Assembly (NCBI GenBank): GCA_963607545.1
Contig: CAVDCP010000012.1
Span: 432 to 64,431, forward strand
Reading direction: 5' to 3'
Length of the DNA stretch: 64,000 nucleotides
Source: a bacterium
GTDB lineage: Bacteria > Bacteroidota > Bacteroidia > Bacteroidales > Bacteroidaceae
Below, in pieces: positions 41,048 through 51,069 of the stretch (its first letter is position 1; every line of letters begins with the position of its first letter). The translations under genes were made by a program, and so were the position numbers. The notes under the pieces are model-generated. The model ran no database searches, was not told the DNA's origin, and saw nothing but the letters and a program-made list of their open reading frames with translations.

Positions 41048-42344
41048 GGCGGCATCTGTTGTCAATACGCTCTCCGACCAACCAAACTATATTGGAGTCG
41101 GCATCAACGACTGCCAATTGGCGGCGTTTGTCGAAGAGCGTATATTTCCTGTCGGTAAGGAAATCGCTCACCAGCTTCTGGCTTTTCATTCCGAACGGCA
41201 CGAAACGGTCTCCCTTGGCCACGGGACGTATTGTCAACGGGAATTTCACCGACTGCATGTCTACACAAACACAGTCTTTCCCACAGTTCACATTATATCC
41301 GTCAGTATAGTTTTCCGACACAAACGAGAACTTAACCTGTGAGTTATATATGTAAGTTCCCGGTTCAGGAACTTTCAACACGCGCATTTCTTCGGTCTGC
41401 TTTTCCTCCACTACAATCCTTCCACGGTCAATCAAAGCCTCATGGGAATTTGAAGTCCATACCTTACCCGACGCTCCTCTTAAAACAGCCGAGTATATTT
41501 CCTTCACCACAACCGAGGAAAAGCCACAACCGTTAAGAACATGAAACAACAGATATTCGGGCGAAGGTTGTTTCATAAGCAGACTTATGTCGATTGTAGA
41601 ACCGTCGGGCATAATCTTTTCCTTGGCTGCATCCAAAGAAGAATACACTATTTTCAATGCCTCGCCCACATGCTGTGTGGTCTGGAATATGGAGTTGAGG
41701 GCATTGGGATTGATTTCCTTCAGCAACGGCACTACCTTCAGTCTTATCTTGTTGCGTGTAACGTCGTCAACAAGATTTGTGCTGTCGGTGACATAAGATT
41801 GCCCTTTGCTTTCAAGATACTGCAAAATCTCGTCACGCCCAACGCAAAGCAACGGACGCATGATGAAGCCGTTGTGCGCAACGATGCCCTGCAATCCCCG
41901 TATGCCAGTGCCCCTCAACATGTTCATTATTGCGGTTTCAACACTGTCGTCACGGTGGTGTGCCACACATATTCCGCATGCATTCAGGTCGTTGCGCAAG
42001 TTTTCAAAATAAGCGTAACGCAAGTCTCTTGCAGCCATTTCAATGCTTATTTTGTGCAGCTTGGCATATTCGGCAGTATCGAAATGCACTTTGTGCAGAG
42101 TCACGCCAAGCCGTCCGCACAAGTCAACGCAGAACTGCTCGTCACGGAAAGACTCCTCGCCGCGCAGCTTGAAATTGCAATGCACAGCCTCAACATGCAC
42201 GCCCATGTCGAGCATGACCAGCAACAGCGATACGCTGTCGGCCCCTCCCGACAGTCCCACAAGATATGTTCCGTTCTCCGAAAACAATCCATGACTGTCG
42301 GCGAAACGCCGCACCTTGTCCAGAAAGTCCCTCTTATTCGACAT
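41004..42344 (-). CDS. tilS: tRNA(Ile)-lysidine synthase
   Basis: SGGADS, ARDLRY, AHHRDD, RPLL, TRNKIR. Confidence 0.96.
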   Translation of the reverse strand: MSNKRDFLDKVRRFADSHGLFSENGTYLVGLSGGADSVSLLLVMLDMGVHVEAVHCNFKLRGEESFRDEQFCVDLCGRLGVTLHKVHFDTAEYAKLHKISIEMAARDLRYAYFENLRNDLNACGICVAHHRDDSVETAIMNMLRGTGIRGLQGIVAHNGFIMRPLLCVGRDEILQYLESKGQSYVTDSTNLVDDVTRNKIRLKVVPLLKEINPNALNSIFQTTQHVGEALKIVYSSLDAAKEKIMPDGSTIDISLLMKQPSPEYLLFHVLNGCGFSSVVVKEIYSAVLRGASGKVWTSNSHEALIDRGRIVVEEKQTEEMRVLKVPEPGTYIYNSQVKFSFVSENYTDGYNVNCGKDCVCVDMQSVKFPLTIRPVAKGDRFVPFGMKSQKLVSDFLTDRKYTLFDKRRQLAVVDADSNIVWLVGERIDNRCRLTSDSRVVLKLSRL

Positions 42345-43515
42345 ACAGCACAAGTCCCTTAAGATATTCTCCTTCGGGATGATACATGTTAATCGGGTGG
42401 TCGGCCGGCTGGTGCAGCTGGTGCAATATTCTCACCTTGCGGTTGGCCTGTACGGCAGCGGTGAGCACTGCGTTTCTGAAATTGTCTTTTGTAACAATCT
42501 GCGAGCAACTGAACGTGAACAGGATGCCGCCCGGTTTTATGCGCTGCAAGCCCTTGACGTTAAGCCGCGTATAGCCTTTCAGCGCGTTGTGCAATGCTGC
42601 ACGGTGCTTGGCAAATGCCGGCGGGTCGAGAATTATAAGGTCGTAGGTCTGGTCGTTTGCGTCGAGAAACTTGAAAGCATCCTCGCAGAAAGCGGTGTGT
42701 CTGCCGTCTTCAGGGAAATTAAGCTGCACATTGCGGTTTGTCAGTTCTATGGCTTTTGCGCTGCTGTCAACTGAATGCACAAGTTTTGCGTTTCCGCGCA
42801 TGGCATACACCGAGAAACCGCCGGTGTAGCAAAACATGTTCAACACGCTGCGACCCGCCGAATATTTCTCAAGAAGATGCCGGTTCTCACGCTGGTCTAC
42901 AAAAAATCCCGTCTTTTGTCCCCTCAGCCAGTCTACATGGAATTTCAGACCGTTCTCGACAGTCACGTCGCTGCCCATCTGTCCATACACGAATTCGTTT
43001 TCGTGCTCCACGTCGGCCTTGAACGGAAGGGTGGTCTCGCTCTTGTAGTATATGTTTTTTATGCGTCCTTCAGAAACCTTCACCAATGCGTCGCATATTT
43101 CCTTGCGATACAGATGTATGCCCACATTGTGGGCCTGCATCACGGCGGTGTCGCCGTAGCAATCCACCACAAGCCCCGGAATGTTGTCGCCTTCGCCGTG
43201 CACGAGTCTGAAAGTAGTCCCGTCGGGATTGTCAATCAGCCCTACCGCGCGGCGCATCTCAAAGGCCGACCGCAGTCTTTCTTCCCAGAACCCGGCATTG
43301 ATTTCAATGTCGTCAAACGACAACACCCTTACGGCTATCGACCCGATTTGATACATGCCTACGGCGATAAAACTGCCATTGCAGGTGAAAACCCTCACAA
43401 TGTCGCCTTCGCCGATGCCTTCATCCATGCGTGCTATCGCGCCGGAAAATATCCACGGATGAAAACGCTTCAGACTTTCATCCTTACCTTTCTTTAAATA
43501 TATGGACTTGTACAT
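42334..43515 (-). CDS. rlmI: RlmI-like 23S rRNA m5C methyltransferase
   Basis: PUA HPWIFSG, GQKTGFFVDQRENR, LDPPAF, TFSCS, EYLK. Confidence 0.9.
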   Translation of the reverse strand: MYKSIYLKKGKDESLKRFHPWIFSGAIARMDEGIGEGDIVRVFTCNGSFIAVGMYQIGSIAVRVLSFDDIEINAGFWEERLRSAFEMRRAVGLIDNPDGTTFRLVHGEGDNIPGLVVDCYGDTAVMQAHNVGIHLYRKEICDALVKVSEGRIKNIYYKSETTLPFKADVEHENEFVYGQMGSDVTVENGLKFHVDWLRGQKTGFFVDQRENRHLLEKYSAGRSVLNMFCYTGGFSVYAMRGNAKLVHSVDSSAKAIELTNRNVQLNFPEDGRHTAFCEDAFKFLDANDQTYDLIILDPPAFAKHRAALHNALKGYTRLNVKGLQRIKPGGILFTFSCSQIVTKDNFRNAVLTAAVQANRKVRILHQLHQPADHPINMYHPEGEYLKGLVLYVE

Positions 43516-43533
43516 ATCGCTCGTATTCTTTTA

Positions 43534-44211
43534 TTATTGTGCCTGTGCCACTACGGGCATGCTGTTCTCTGCCTGTGCGCCCTCTACCGGCTTTTCTTCT
43601 TTCATCACCAACTGGTAGTCGCCGCCCTCCGACAGTTTTTTAATCTCGTCATACAGCATTATACATGCCCAAGCATCGGTTGCTGCATAAAGTTTCTGCT
43701 TGTCGGTCAATATGTCGGCATCCCAATTGGTAAGGCGTTGCCGTTTGCTTATCTTCTTGTGGAAAATGTTGGCATAGAGTTTCTGCAGACTCATGTCTTC
43801 TATTCCTATCTTGCCGATGATGTTCTGGATGTCAACGAAATTGCCTGCTTCAAAGTCCTGTCGGCGGTGCAAAGCCATCAGGTCGTCGTGCCACGAAAGC
43901 CCAACCATGGTAACATTTTTGTTGGTGAGAAGCCTGATCACCGACGGCGACATGCCCAGATAATTGAGTCTGAACAGAAAACAATGCTCATAAGACGACA
44001 CCTGCAGCAGCGAAACCTTGTGCTGTTGGCCGCGCTTGAAAGCCGGACGGGTCTCGGTATCTACACCGAGAATACTGCAAGACAGCAGATAATCAACTGC
44101 TTTCTCGGCCTCACTCTCACTGAGCACCACTGTTATTTTTCCCGGAAACGCGGCTATCGGCAATCCGCTTATTGCCCCTTTATCAAATTTGTTGTATATA
44201 ATTCTCTTCAT
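43534..44211 (-). CDS. 3'-5' exonuclease (RNase D/WRN-like DEDDy)
   Basis: GVDTETRP, LLQV, YAATDAW. Confidence 0.9.
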   Translation of the reverse strand: MKRIIYNKFDKGAISGLPIAAFPGKITVVLSESEAEKAVDYLLSCSILGVDTETRPAFKRGQQHKVSLLQVSSYEHCFLFRLNYLGMSPSVIRLLTNKNVTMVGLSWHDDLMALHRRQDFEAGNFVDIQNIIGKIGIEDMSLQKLYANIFHKKISKRQRLTNWDADILTDKQKLYAATDAWACIMLYDEIKKLSEGGDYQLVMKEEKPVEGAQAENSMPVVAQAQ

Positions 44212-44446
44212 TCGACGGTTGGAAAGATTTTGCAAAATTAGAAAAAAACTTATTAAAACTTGGGCATTTCCAAGTTTTTTCCACTATTTTTGCATATAAA
44301 TAGCTCTGTCACCGCACAAAAAGAGCTTCATATGCATTGCGCGCCGACAAGCCAGCTGCACTGGCACGCCACGCCGCCTCTGCCTGCCAACGGGCAAGCG
44401 TGACGGTGCGACACGAGGCGTTTCAAATTGTTATTATAAAAAACAA

Positions 44447-46933
44447 ATGGCGAAGAAGAAGAAAGACACCAAAAGCAGAATTTCCAACGACACGAAGTTT
44501 TCAAGTTTTTTGAAAAGCGAGCGAACCGACTTTCTGCTTGGTTTGTTTATAGCAATAATAGCACTCGTCGCTATTATCTCCATGATTTCATTTTTAAGCA
44601 CCGGCGCATACGACCAAAGCTTACTCGAAAAGATGCGCCCCAACGAATGGCTCAACAACGACAATCTGTTCAAAAACAGATGCAGGAGTGTCGGTGCCAT
44701 AGTTTCCAATTTCCTTATTACGAAGAATTTCGGACTGCCGTCTTTCCTTATTCCGTTTTTTCTCATAGTTGCCGGAGGCAAGATGATGCGCCTTTACAGA
44801 ACCAATCTATGGAAATGGTTCTTCAGTCTTGCATTCTCCATGATATGGCTTTCGGTGACTTTTGCCAAAGTGCTGCCGCCCGAAATATTCCCTGAAAGCA
44901 TTTACGCTCCCGGCGGACAACACGGCGAAATGGGGATGCGGTTCACCGAAAACCTCATAGGCACGCCCGGTCTCATAGCCCTGCTGTTCTTCACGGCAGT
45001 GGCCTTCATCACCTATCTGCGCGCCGAGACAATCATTTGGATGCGCAAAGTGTTCAATCCGGTAGACACGATTAGCGGCAAGATAAGGCGGAACGCCACT
45101 GCCTCGGAAACGGAACCGAATACAGTGCTGCAGAGCGAACCGTCGTCAAAAGAAGAGAAACCTTCTGCCACGAAAGCAGGGAACGCCGAACCTGACGACA
45201 TGCCGCAGTCAACCGTTATCGACCTCACTAGATTCGACGACGCTGACAGTGCCGCCAAGAAGCCGAACAAGGAGAAAGCCCCGATGCCAAAAGCCCCCAA
45301 AACTCCCGACGCCGATGCGGCAGAAAGCGGCAAACTCACCGTTGACACCGGCGTGGAAGCCGAAAAGGCCAGCGGAAAATCGGTGGCCGGCGATGCCGAC
45401 CTGTATGCCCCTATAAATCCGCGCGAGCCGTTCACAAAATATGAATGCCCCACACTCGACCTGTTGAGCAAAGACGACAAAGACGGCAAGCCCTACATCG
45501 ACATGGAGGAGATAAAGGCCCACAACGAGGAGATAATAAAGGTGCTGAAAAGTTTCGGCATCGAGATACGCGAGATAAAGGCCACCGTAGGCCCCACCAT
45601 AACCCTATACGAGATAACTCCGGCCGAAGGCATACGCATCACCAAAATCAGAAACCTCGAAGACGACATCGCCCTGCGCCTTTCGGCACTCGGAGTGAGA
45701 ATCATTGCCCCCATTCCGGGCAAGGGAACGATAGGCATAGAGGTGCCCAACAAGAAGCGACACAACGTGCCAATGGAGAGCATTCTCAACTCGAAGAGGT
45801 TTCAAGACACTAAGTTCGACCTGCCCATCGTGCTTGGAAAAACCATCACAAACGAGGTGTTCATGGCCGACCTCACCAAGATTCCGCACCTTCTCGTGGC
45901 CGGAGCCACGGGTCAGGGAAAGTCGGTCGGGCTCAATGTCATCATCACCTCGCTGCTCTACAAGAAGCATCCCAACGAGCTCAAGCTTGTACTCATCGAC
46001 CCGAAGAAGGTGGAATTCAGTGTCTACTCGCCCATTGCCGACCATTTCATGGCACAGGTTGATGCCGACGACGAGGCCATAATAACCGACGTAACCAAGG
46101 TGGTGCGCACCCTCAAGAGCCTGTGCACGCTCATGGATCACCGCTACGACATGCTGAAACTTGCCGGGGCAAGAAACATCAAGGAATACAACGACAAGTT
46201 CATCCACCACAAGCTCAACCTCACCAAGGGACACGAATACATGCCCTACATTGTCGTGATAATCGACGAGTTCGGCGACCTGATAATGACAGCCGGCAAG
46301 GAAGTGGAAATGCCGATAGCGCGCATTGCGCAGTTGGCACGCGCCGTAGGCATACACATGATTATAGCCACGCAACGCCCCACGACATCAATCATCACCG
46401 GAAACATCAAGGCCAACTTCCCGGGACGCATAGCGTTCAAGGTAAGCTCAATGATGGACTCGCGCATCATCCTCGACAGGCCCGGAGCCAACCAGCTCAT
46501 TGGTCTCGGAGACATGCTCTACACCAACGGCAACGAGCCCACGCGTGTGCAGTGTGCCTTCATAAGCACGCAGGAAATAGAAAGCATTAACCACTACATT
46601 GCCAACCAGCCCGGCCCCGTGGAGCCGCTGCAGCTGCCCGAGCCCAAGAGCGACGACGGCAGCGACGGCAACTACCAGAGCGGAGGCAACGGCGACCTCG
46701 GCTCGCTCGACCAGCTTTTCGAGGAGGCTGCACGCCTTGTCGTCACAAGCCAGCAGGGCAGCACATCGATGCTTCAGCGACGGTTTGAGATTGGATACAA
46801 CCGCGCCGGGCGACTCATGGACCAGCTCGAAAAGGCCGGCGTGGTTGGAGCGGCACATGGCAGCAAGCCACGCGAAGTGCTCATAACCGACGACACACAA
46901 CTGGCAGCCATATTCACGGCACTCAAACAATGA
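44447..46933 (+). CDS. ftsK: DNA translocase FtsK
   Basis: N-terminal TMs, HLLVAGATGQGKS, IDEFGDL, ATQRP, gamma domain IGYNRAGRLMDQLE. Confidence 0.97.
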   Translation: MAKKKKDTKSRISNDTKFSSFLKSERTDFLLGLFIAIIALVAIISMISFLSTGAYDQSLLEKMRPNEWLNNDNLFKNRCRSVGAIVSNFLITKNFGLPSFLIPFFLIVAGGKMMRLYRTNLWKWFFSLAFSMIWLSVTFAKVLPPEIFPESIYAPGGQHGEMGMRFTENLIGTPGLIALLFFTAVAFITYLRAETIIWMRKVFNPVDTISGKIRRNATASETEPNTVLQSEPSSKEEKPSATKAGNAEPDDMPQSTVIDLTRFDDADSAAKKPNKEKAPMPKAPKTPDADAAESGKLTVDTGVEAEKASGKSVAGDADLYAPINPREPFTKYECPTLDLLSKDDKDGKPYIDMEEIKAHNEEIIKVLKSFGIEIREIKATVGPTITLYEITPAEGIRITKIRNLEDDIALRLSALGVRIIAPIPGKGTIGIEVPNKKRHNVPMESILNSKRFQDTKFDLPIVLGKTITNEVFMADLTKIPHLLVAGATGQGKSVGLNVIITSLLYKKHPNELKLVLIDPKKVEFSVYSPIADHFMAQVDADDEAIITDVTKVVRTLKSLCTLMDHRYDMLKLAGARNIKEYNDKFIHHKLNLTKGHEYMPYIVVIIDEFGDLIMTAGKEVEMPIARIAQLARAVGIHMIIATQRPTTSIITGNIKANFPGRIAFKVSSMMDSRIILDRPGANQLIGLGDMLYTNGNEPTRVQCAFISTQEIESINHYIANQPGPVEPLQLPEPKSDDGSDGNYQSGGNGDLGSLDQLFEEAARLVVTSQQGSTSMLQRRFEIGYNRAGRLMDQLEKAGVVGAAHGSKPREVLITDDTQLAAIFTALKQ

Positions 46934-46968
46934 CAACCCATAACGTCAACAACAAAAACACACACATT

Positions 46969-47583
46969 ATGAAACGCATATTATACATACTGTCACTGGT
47001 GCTGACACTGTGCACACCGGCAATGAAGGCGCAGAACAGCGCACAGGCATACAAGGCTCTCGAAAAAACCGCAAATGTCATAGGCCGCACGGGAGGTTCA
47101 AGCGCATCGTTCACACTGTCGGGCGCGGAAACGGGAACGGTGAGCGGAACGATAACCATAAAGGGGAAAAAATTCCATGCAAGCACGCCGCAGGCCATCG
47201 TGTGGTTTGACGGCAGCACCCAGTGGACGCTTGTAAAGAGAAACAACGAGGTGAACATAAGCCGCCCCACACTATCCCAGCAGCAGATGATGAACCCCTA
47301 CACGTTCATCAACCTCTACAAGCAGGGCTACGACCTTAGCATGACGACAAAGGGTTCAAACAATGTGGTGCACCTTGTGGCCAAGAACAAGACGAGCAGC
47401 ATACCGGAAATGTATGTCACGGCAAACAAGAACACCGGCGTTCCGTCGGTGATAAAGATGAAACACCGCCAGAAATGGACTACCATAACGATAAGAAATT
47501 TCAGAAGCGGCAATTTCTCAAACAGCACATTCACCTTCAACGCAAAGGATTTCCCCTCAGCCGAGATAATCGACCTCAGGTGA
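46969..47583 (+). CDS. lolA: LolA-like outer-membrane lipoprotein carrier
   Basis: Signal peptide, WFDGSTQWT...NEVNI, FTF...EIIDLR; follows ftsK. Confidence 0.82.
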   Translation: MKRILYILSLVLTLCTPAMKAQNSAQAYKALEKTANVIGRTGGSSASFTLSGAETGTVSGTITIKGKKFHASTPQAIVWFDGSTQWTLVKRNNEVNISRPTLSQQQMMNPYTFINLYKQGYDLSMTTKGSNNVVHLVAKNKTSSIPEMYVTANKNTGVPSVIKMKHRQKWTTITIRNFRSGNFSNSTFTFNAKDFPSAEIIDLR

Positions 47584-47605
47584 GTCCTGCACAAAAGCTA
47601 CCGAC

Positions 47606-47803
47606 AAGTAGGTGTTCAAAATTATTTGATATGGATATGCGCCTTATTTTTGGCTGTATGTTCGGGTTGAAGAGGGAGTGTAGCGGGCTACACGACCGAT
47701 GAAAACCGGGCATACAGTGAAAAAGAAAGTGCAGAGACATATCAAAGTATAATAAACATCTGCTGACATACAAGTATATACGAATAATTTTGAATACCTA
47801 CTT
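47606..47803. mobile_element. 198-bp element bounded by 21-bp inverted repeats (MITE or invertible segment)
   Basis: AAGTAGGTGTTCAAAATTATT (47606-47626) and AATAATTTTGAATACCTACTT (47783-47803), 20/21 match; internal hairpins. Confidence 0.7.
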
Positions 47804-49312
47804 ATGAAGCCGAAAGACACCGTCATGCTATACATGACCCTGCGCCGCCACCGCAAACTGGCAGAGCGGCGCGATGTGAACCTCGGGCAAAACCGAGCCG
47901 CAAAGTTCTTCATCTGGCTCGCTGCAGCATTCATCTGCATCTATCTCGTGATGTTTGCCGTGTTTCTTGCAGGCATTGCCAACGAGTCGCGCCACATGTC
48001 GTCGGTAGGCTTGATGTGCTGCATACTGCCGCTGGTGTCGGCAATCGATTTCGGGTCGAGGTTTCTCATACAGCAGACCCCGGCACAGCTGGTGCGCCCC
48101 TACCTGCTGCTTCCAATCCCGAAAAACACCTGCATAAACGGCTTCATAATATCGTCGCTCACCGGCGCGGGCAATTTCCTGTGGTTTTTCATGTTTGTTC
48201 CCTACATCATCATGTCGGTGGTTTTCAGCTACGGCATCGTGACCTCGCTTTTGTTCACGGCATTTCTCGCCGTCACGGTGATGATATTCAGCCAGTGGTA
48301 TGCAATAATACGCACGCTCATCAACGACAAACTTTTTTTCTGGGCTATCCCGGCACTCGTCTATGGCGCATTCGCCATTCCGTTTTTCACCGACAAAGAA
48401 GACCTCTACACTGCCGCGTTCACGGCCATTGGCGAGACCATAACCAGCCACTCACCCCTTGCCATAATATGCCCCGTAGCATTGCTGGGCGTGCTTGTTG
48501 CCATCAACCGCAGCATTCAAAGCCGCTACATTATGAGCGAACTGATGCACACCAAGCGCACCAAGGTGGTTGAACTGGGCGAGATGCAGTTTCTGAAGCG
48601 GTTCGGAACCACGGGCATGTTTCTGAAACTCGAGTTGGCCACATTGCTGCGCAACAAGAATCCGCGCAAGACATTCCTCTACTCCATTGCTATTGTCGTA
48701 TTCTTCAGCCTCATCATAACATTTACCGGCACATACGACACCCGCACCATGAGCCATTTCTGGGCTTTCTACAATTTCATAATAATGGGGACTTCCATGC
48801 TCACAAGGCTTATGGGCTATGAGGGCAACTACATCGACGGCCTCATGGTGAGACGCGAAATGATGCGCAACATGCTTTATGCGAAATACATTTTCTACTC
48901 CGCCCTGCTCCTTCTGCCGTTTGTGCTGATGCTGCCCATGGTGTTTGTGGGCAAATGGCCGCTTTTGATGCTCGTTTCGTTCGGCATCTTCACCGCAGGA
49001 TTCCAGTATTTCATCCTGTTCCAGTTGGCAGCGTTCAACCGGCAGACGCTTCCGCTCAACGAACGCCTGACCGGCAAGTCTACCCCCGACAACATGTACT
49101 GGCAACTGGCCATACAAATTGCCATATTCACGATTCCAAACTTTCTGCAGCAAATACTGCAGTCGGTTTTCAGCTCAACCACATCCTACATCATCATGCT
49201 GGCCATAGGCATGGCCTTCATCATCACCTCAAAGAAATGGATTGGCAGCATATACCGACGGTTTATGAACCGACGGTATGAAAACATGGAAGCGTTCCGC
49301 GCCACACGATAA
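47804..49312 (+). CDS. Polytopic membrane protein (DUF5687-like, putative ABC permease)
   Basis: About 12 hydrophobic segments; DFGSRF...PYLLLPI, LRNK, MGYEGNYIDGL. Confidence 0.75.
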   Translation: MKPKDTVMLYMTLRRHRKLAERRDVNLGQNRAAKFFIWLAAAFICIYLVMFAVFLAGIANESRHMSSVGLMCCILPLVSAIDFGSRFLIQQTPAQLVRPYLLLPIPKNTCINGFIISSLTGAGNFLWFFMFVPYIIMSVVFSYGIVTSLLFTAFLAVTVMIFSQWYAIIRTLINDKLFFWAIPALVYGAFAIPFFTDKEDLYTAAFTAIGETITSHSPLAIICPVALLGVLVAINRSIQSRYIMSELMHTKRTKVVELGEMQFLKRFGTTGMFLKLELATLLRNKNPRKTFLYSIAIVVFFSLIITFTGTYDTRTMSHFWAFYNFIIMGTSMLTRLMGYEGNYIDGLMVRREMMRNMLYAKYIFYSALLLLPFVLMLPMVFVGKWPLLMLVSFGIFTAGFQYFILFQLAAFNRQTLPLNERLTGKSTPDNMYWQLAIQIAIFTIPNFLQQILQSVFSSTTSYIIMLAIGMAFIITSKKWIGSIYRRFMNRRYENMEAFRATR

Positions 49313-49477
49313 GTGCCCGGCAAAGCCGCCGACACACCTTTGCCGCAACTGCAGCACGCAATGTTTTGTGCCGTGCGGCAACTGCTGCACGCCCGTGCGG
49401 CAACTGCGCTACACGCGTGCTGCAATTGAAGCACGCGCATAGCGCGCAAGGAGCAACCGGCAGAACGGGCATACGCC

Positions 49478-49876
49478 CTACCCTACCGAGATGAGTTCGA
49501 TGTCGAACACAAGCGTGGAACCGCCCGGAATGCCGGGCTGCGAGAATTTGCCGTAGCCCATTTCAGCTGGGATATACACCTCCCATCTGTCGCCTACACG
49601 CATTTTCTGCAAGGCAACAATCCATCCGTCAATGAGTTCGTTGAGCCTCATAGCAAGCGGACAACCGCCACGGCTGCTGTCGAATTTCCGTCCGTTAATC
49701 GTCCATCCCGTGTAATGCACCGTGACAATGCTGCGCGGAGTAGGGCTGCATCCGCCAGCGTCGCCTGCCGACAGCACCTTGTAAAACACGCCACGGGCAA
49801 GCGGCATCACTCCCGGCTCTTGCGATTTTGCCTCAATCCACTCACGGTTCTTGCGCACATATTCCTGTTTTGCCAT
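49478..49876 (-). CDS. FKBP-type peptidyl-prolyl isomerase
   Basis: VHYTG...FDSS, LIDGW, IPAEMGYG, IPGGSTLVFDIEL. Confidence 0.95.
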   Translation of the reverse strand: MAKQEYVRKNREWIEAKSQEPGVMPLARGVFYKVLSAGDAGGCSPTPRSIVTVHYTGWTINGRKFDSSRGGCPLAMRLNELIDGWIVALQKMRVGDRWEVYIPAEMGYGKFSQPGIPGGSTLVFDIELISVG

Positions 49877-50050
49877 ATCATGTATTGTTTTGGAAGCCCA
49901 AAATTACTAAAAATAGGATGCAGAGCCACACATTGGTCAAAAAGATTTCAAAACATTGTCTGCATTCTGCCAAAAAAAGGTAACTTTGCGGTATATGCCT
50001 TGCTCCGGGCCGAACCAGACAAGGCGACAGACCGAAACGATGAAACGACG

Positions 50051-50890
50051 ATGAAAAAGACTATATGCCTTATTGCAATGCTTTTCTGCCTCACACTCGG
50101 CACAATGGCACAATTCGACTATATACGCCCCGTGAAAGACTCCATTCCCGGCGGCTACGACTTCTGGGTGTACACCCCGACCGACTACTACTACTCGTTT
50201 GAAAACACACCCGTCATAATATTCCTGCACGGAGCAAGCCTCTGCGGACACGACATCAACCGCGTGCGCCGCTACGGTCCGCTCGATGCCATAGTGCGCG
50301 GAAGACAGATTGATGCCCTCGTGGTGGTGCCGCAGAACACTGGCGGCGCGTGGAATCCGCACAAGATAAACGACGTGCTTGAATGGACAAAACGCAACTA
50401 TGCGCTCGACTCCACACGCGTTTATGTGGTGGGAATGAGCCTCGGAGGCTACGGCACGCTCGACTTCGCGGGCACCTACCATGAAAAGGTGGCGGCGGCA
50501 ATGGCTCTGTGCGGCGGGTGTTCGCTGAAGGAAAAGAGCGGGCTCGGGCAGCTGCCGCTATGGATAATACACGGCACTGCCGACAAGGCCGTGCCGGTGA
50601 GGCAATCGCAGACGGTGGTTGACGAACTGAAACGTGAGGGCAACGACAGCCGTCTGCGCTACGACTGGCTTAAAGGTGCGTCGCACGGGGCACTGGCGCG
50701 CATACTTTACATGAAAAAGACCTATGAATGGCTCTTCTCGCACTCGCTCACCGACAAGGGCCGACCCGTGCAGCGCGACATCACGATTGACAACAGCGAC
50801 CTGACAAGGGCCTATAACGACATGAAGAAAGGACTGCCAAGCCCTGAAATAATATACGACAAGACGATAAAAGAAGACGAGGACGAATAG
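50051..50890 (+). CDS. Secreted alpha/beta hydrolase (phospholipase/carboxylesterase or peptidase-like)
   Basis: Signal peptide from ATG 50051; FLHGA, GMSLGG, HGTAD, GASHG. Confidence 0.88.
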   Translation: MKKTICLIAMLFCLTLGTMAQFDYIRPVKDSIPGGYDFWVYTPTDYYYSFENTPVIIFLHGASLCGHDINRVRRYGPLDAIVRGRQIDALVVVPQNTGGAWNPHKINDVLEWTKRNYALDSTRVYVVGMSLGGYGTLDFAGTYHEKVAAAMALCGGCSLKEKSGLGQLPLWIIHGTADKAVPVRQSQTVVDELKREGNDSRLRYDWLKGASHGALARILYMKKTYEWLFSHSLTDKGRPVQRDITIDNSDLTRAYNDMKKGLPSPEIIYDKTIKEDEDE

Positions 50891-51069
50891 TCCACGCCGC
50901 CAGCCACACACCGCGCCTGGCACTGAACACCACTACCCCATACCCCTACGGCCCGCCGAAAGGACAAAGCGGCTGACCGAGCAGGATGCCAACGGCAATA
51001 AAAACGCGTATTGCGCGTTATAGAGACATAACACAGACAAACATTACCGCTAACCTAAGACAACCTTTT

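Noticed and set aside
49313..49477. Short GC-rich repeats (CCGTGCGGCAACTGC x2)
   Set aside because: Only two short copies in a convergent gap; no supportable function
49715..50050. N-terminal extension of the hydrolase ORF
   Set aside because: Overlaps the FKBP gene and a TAACTTTG promoter box (49981); the signal peptide starts at 50051
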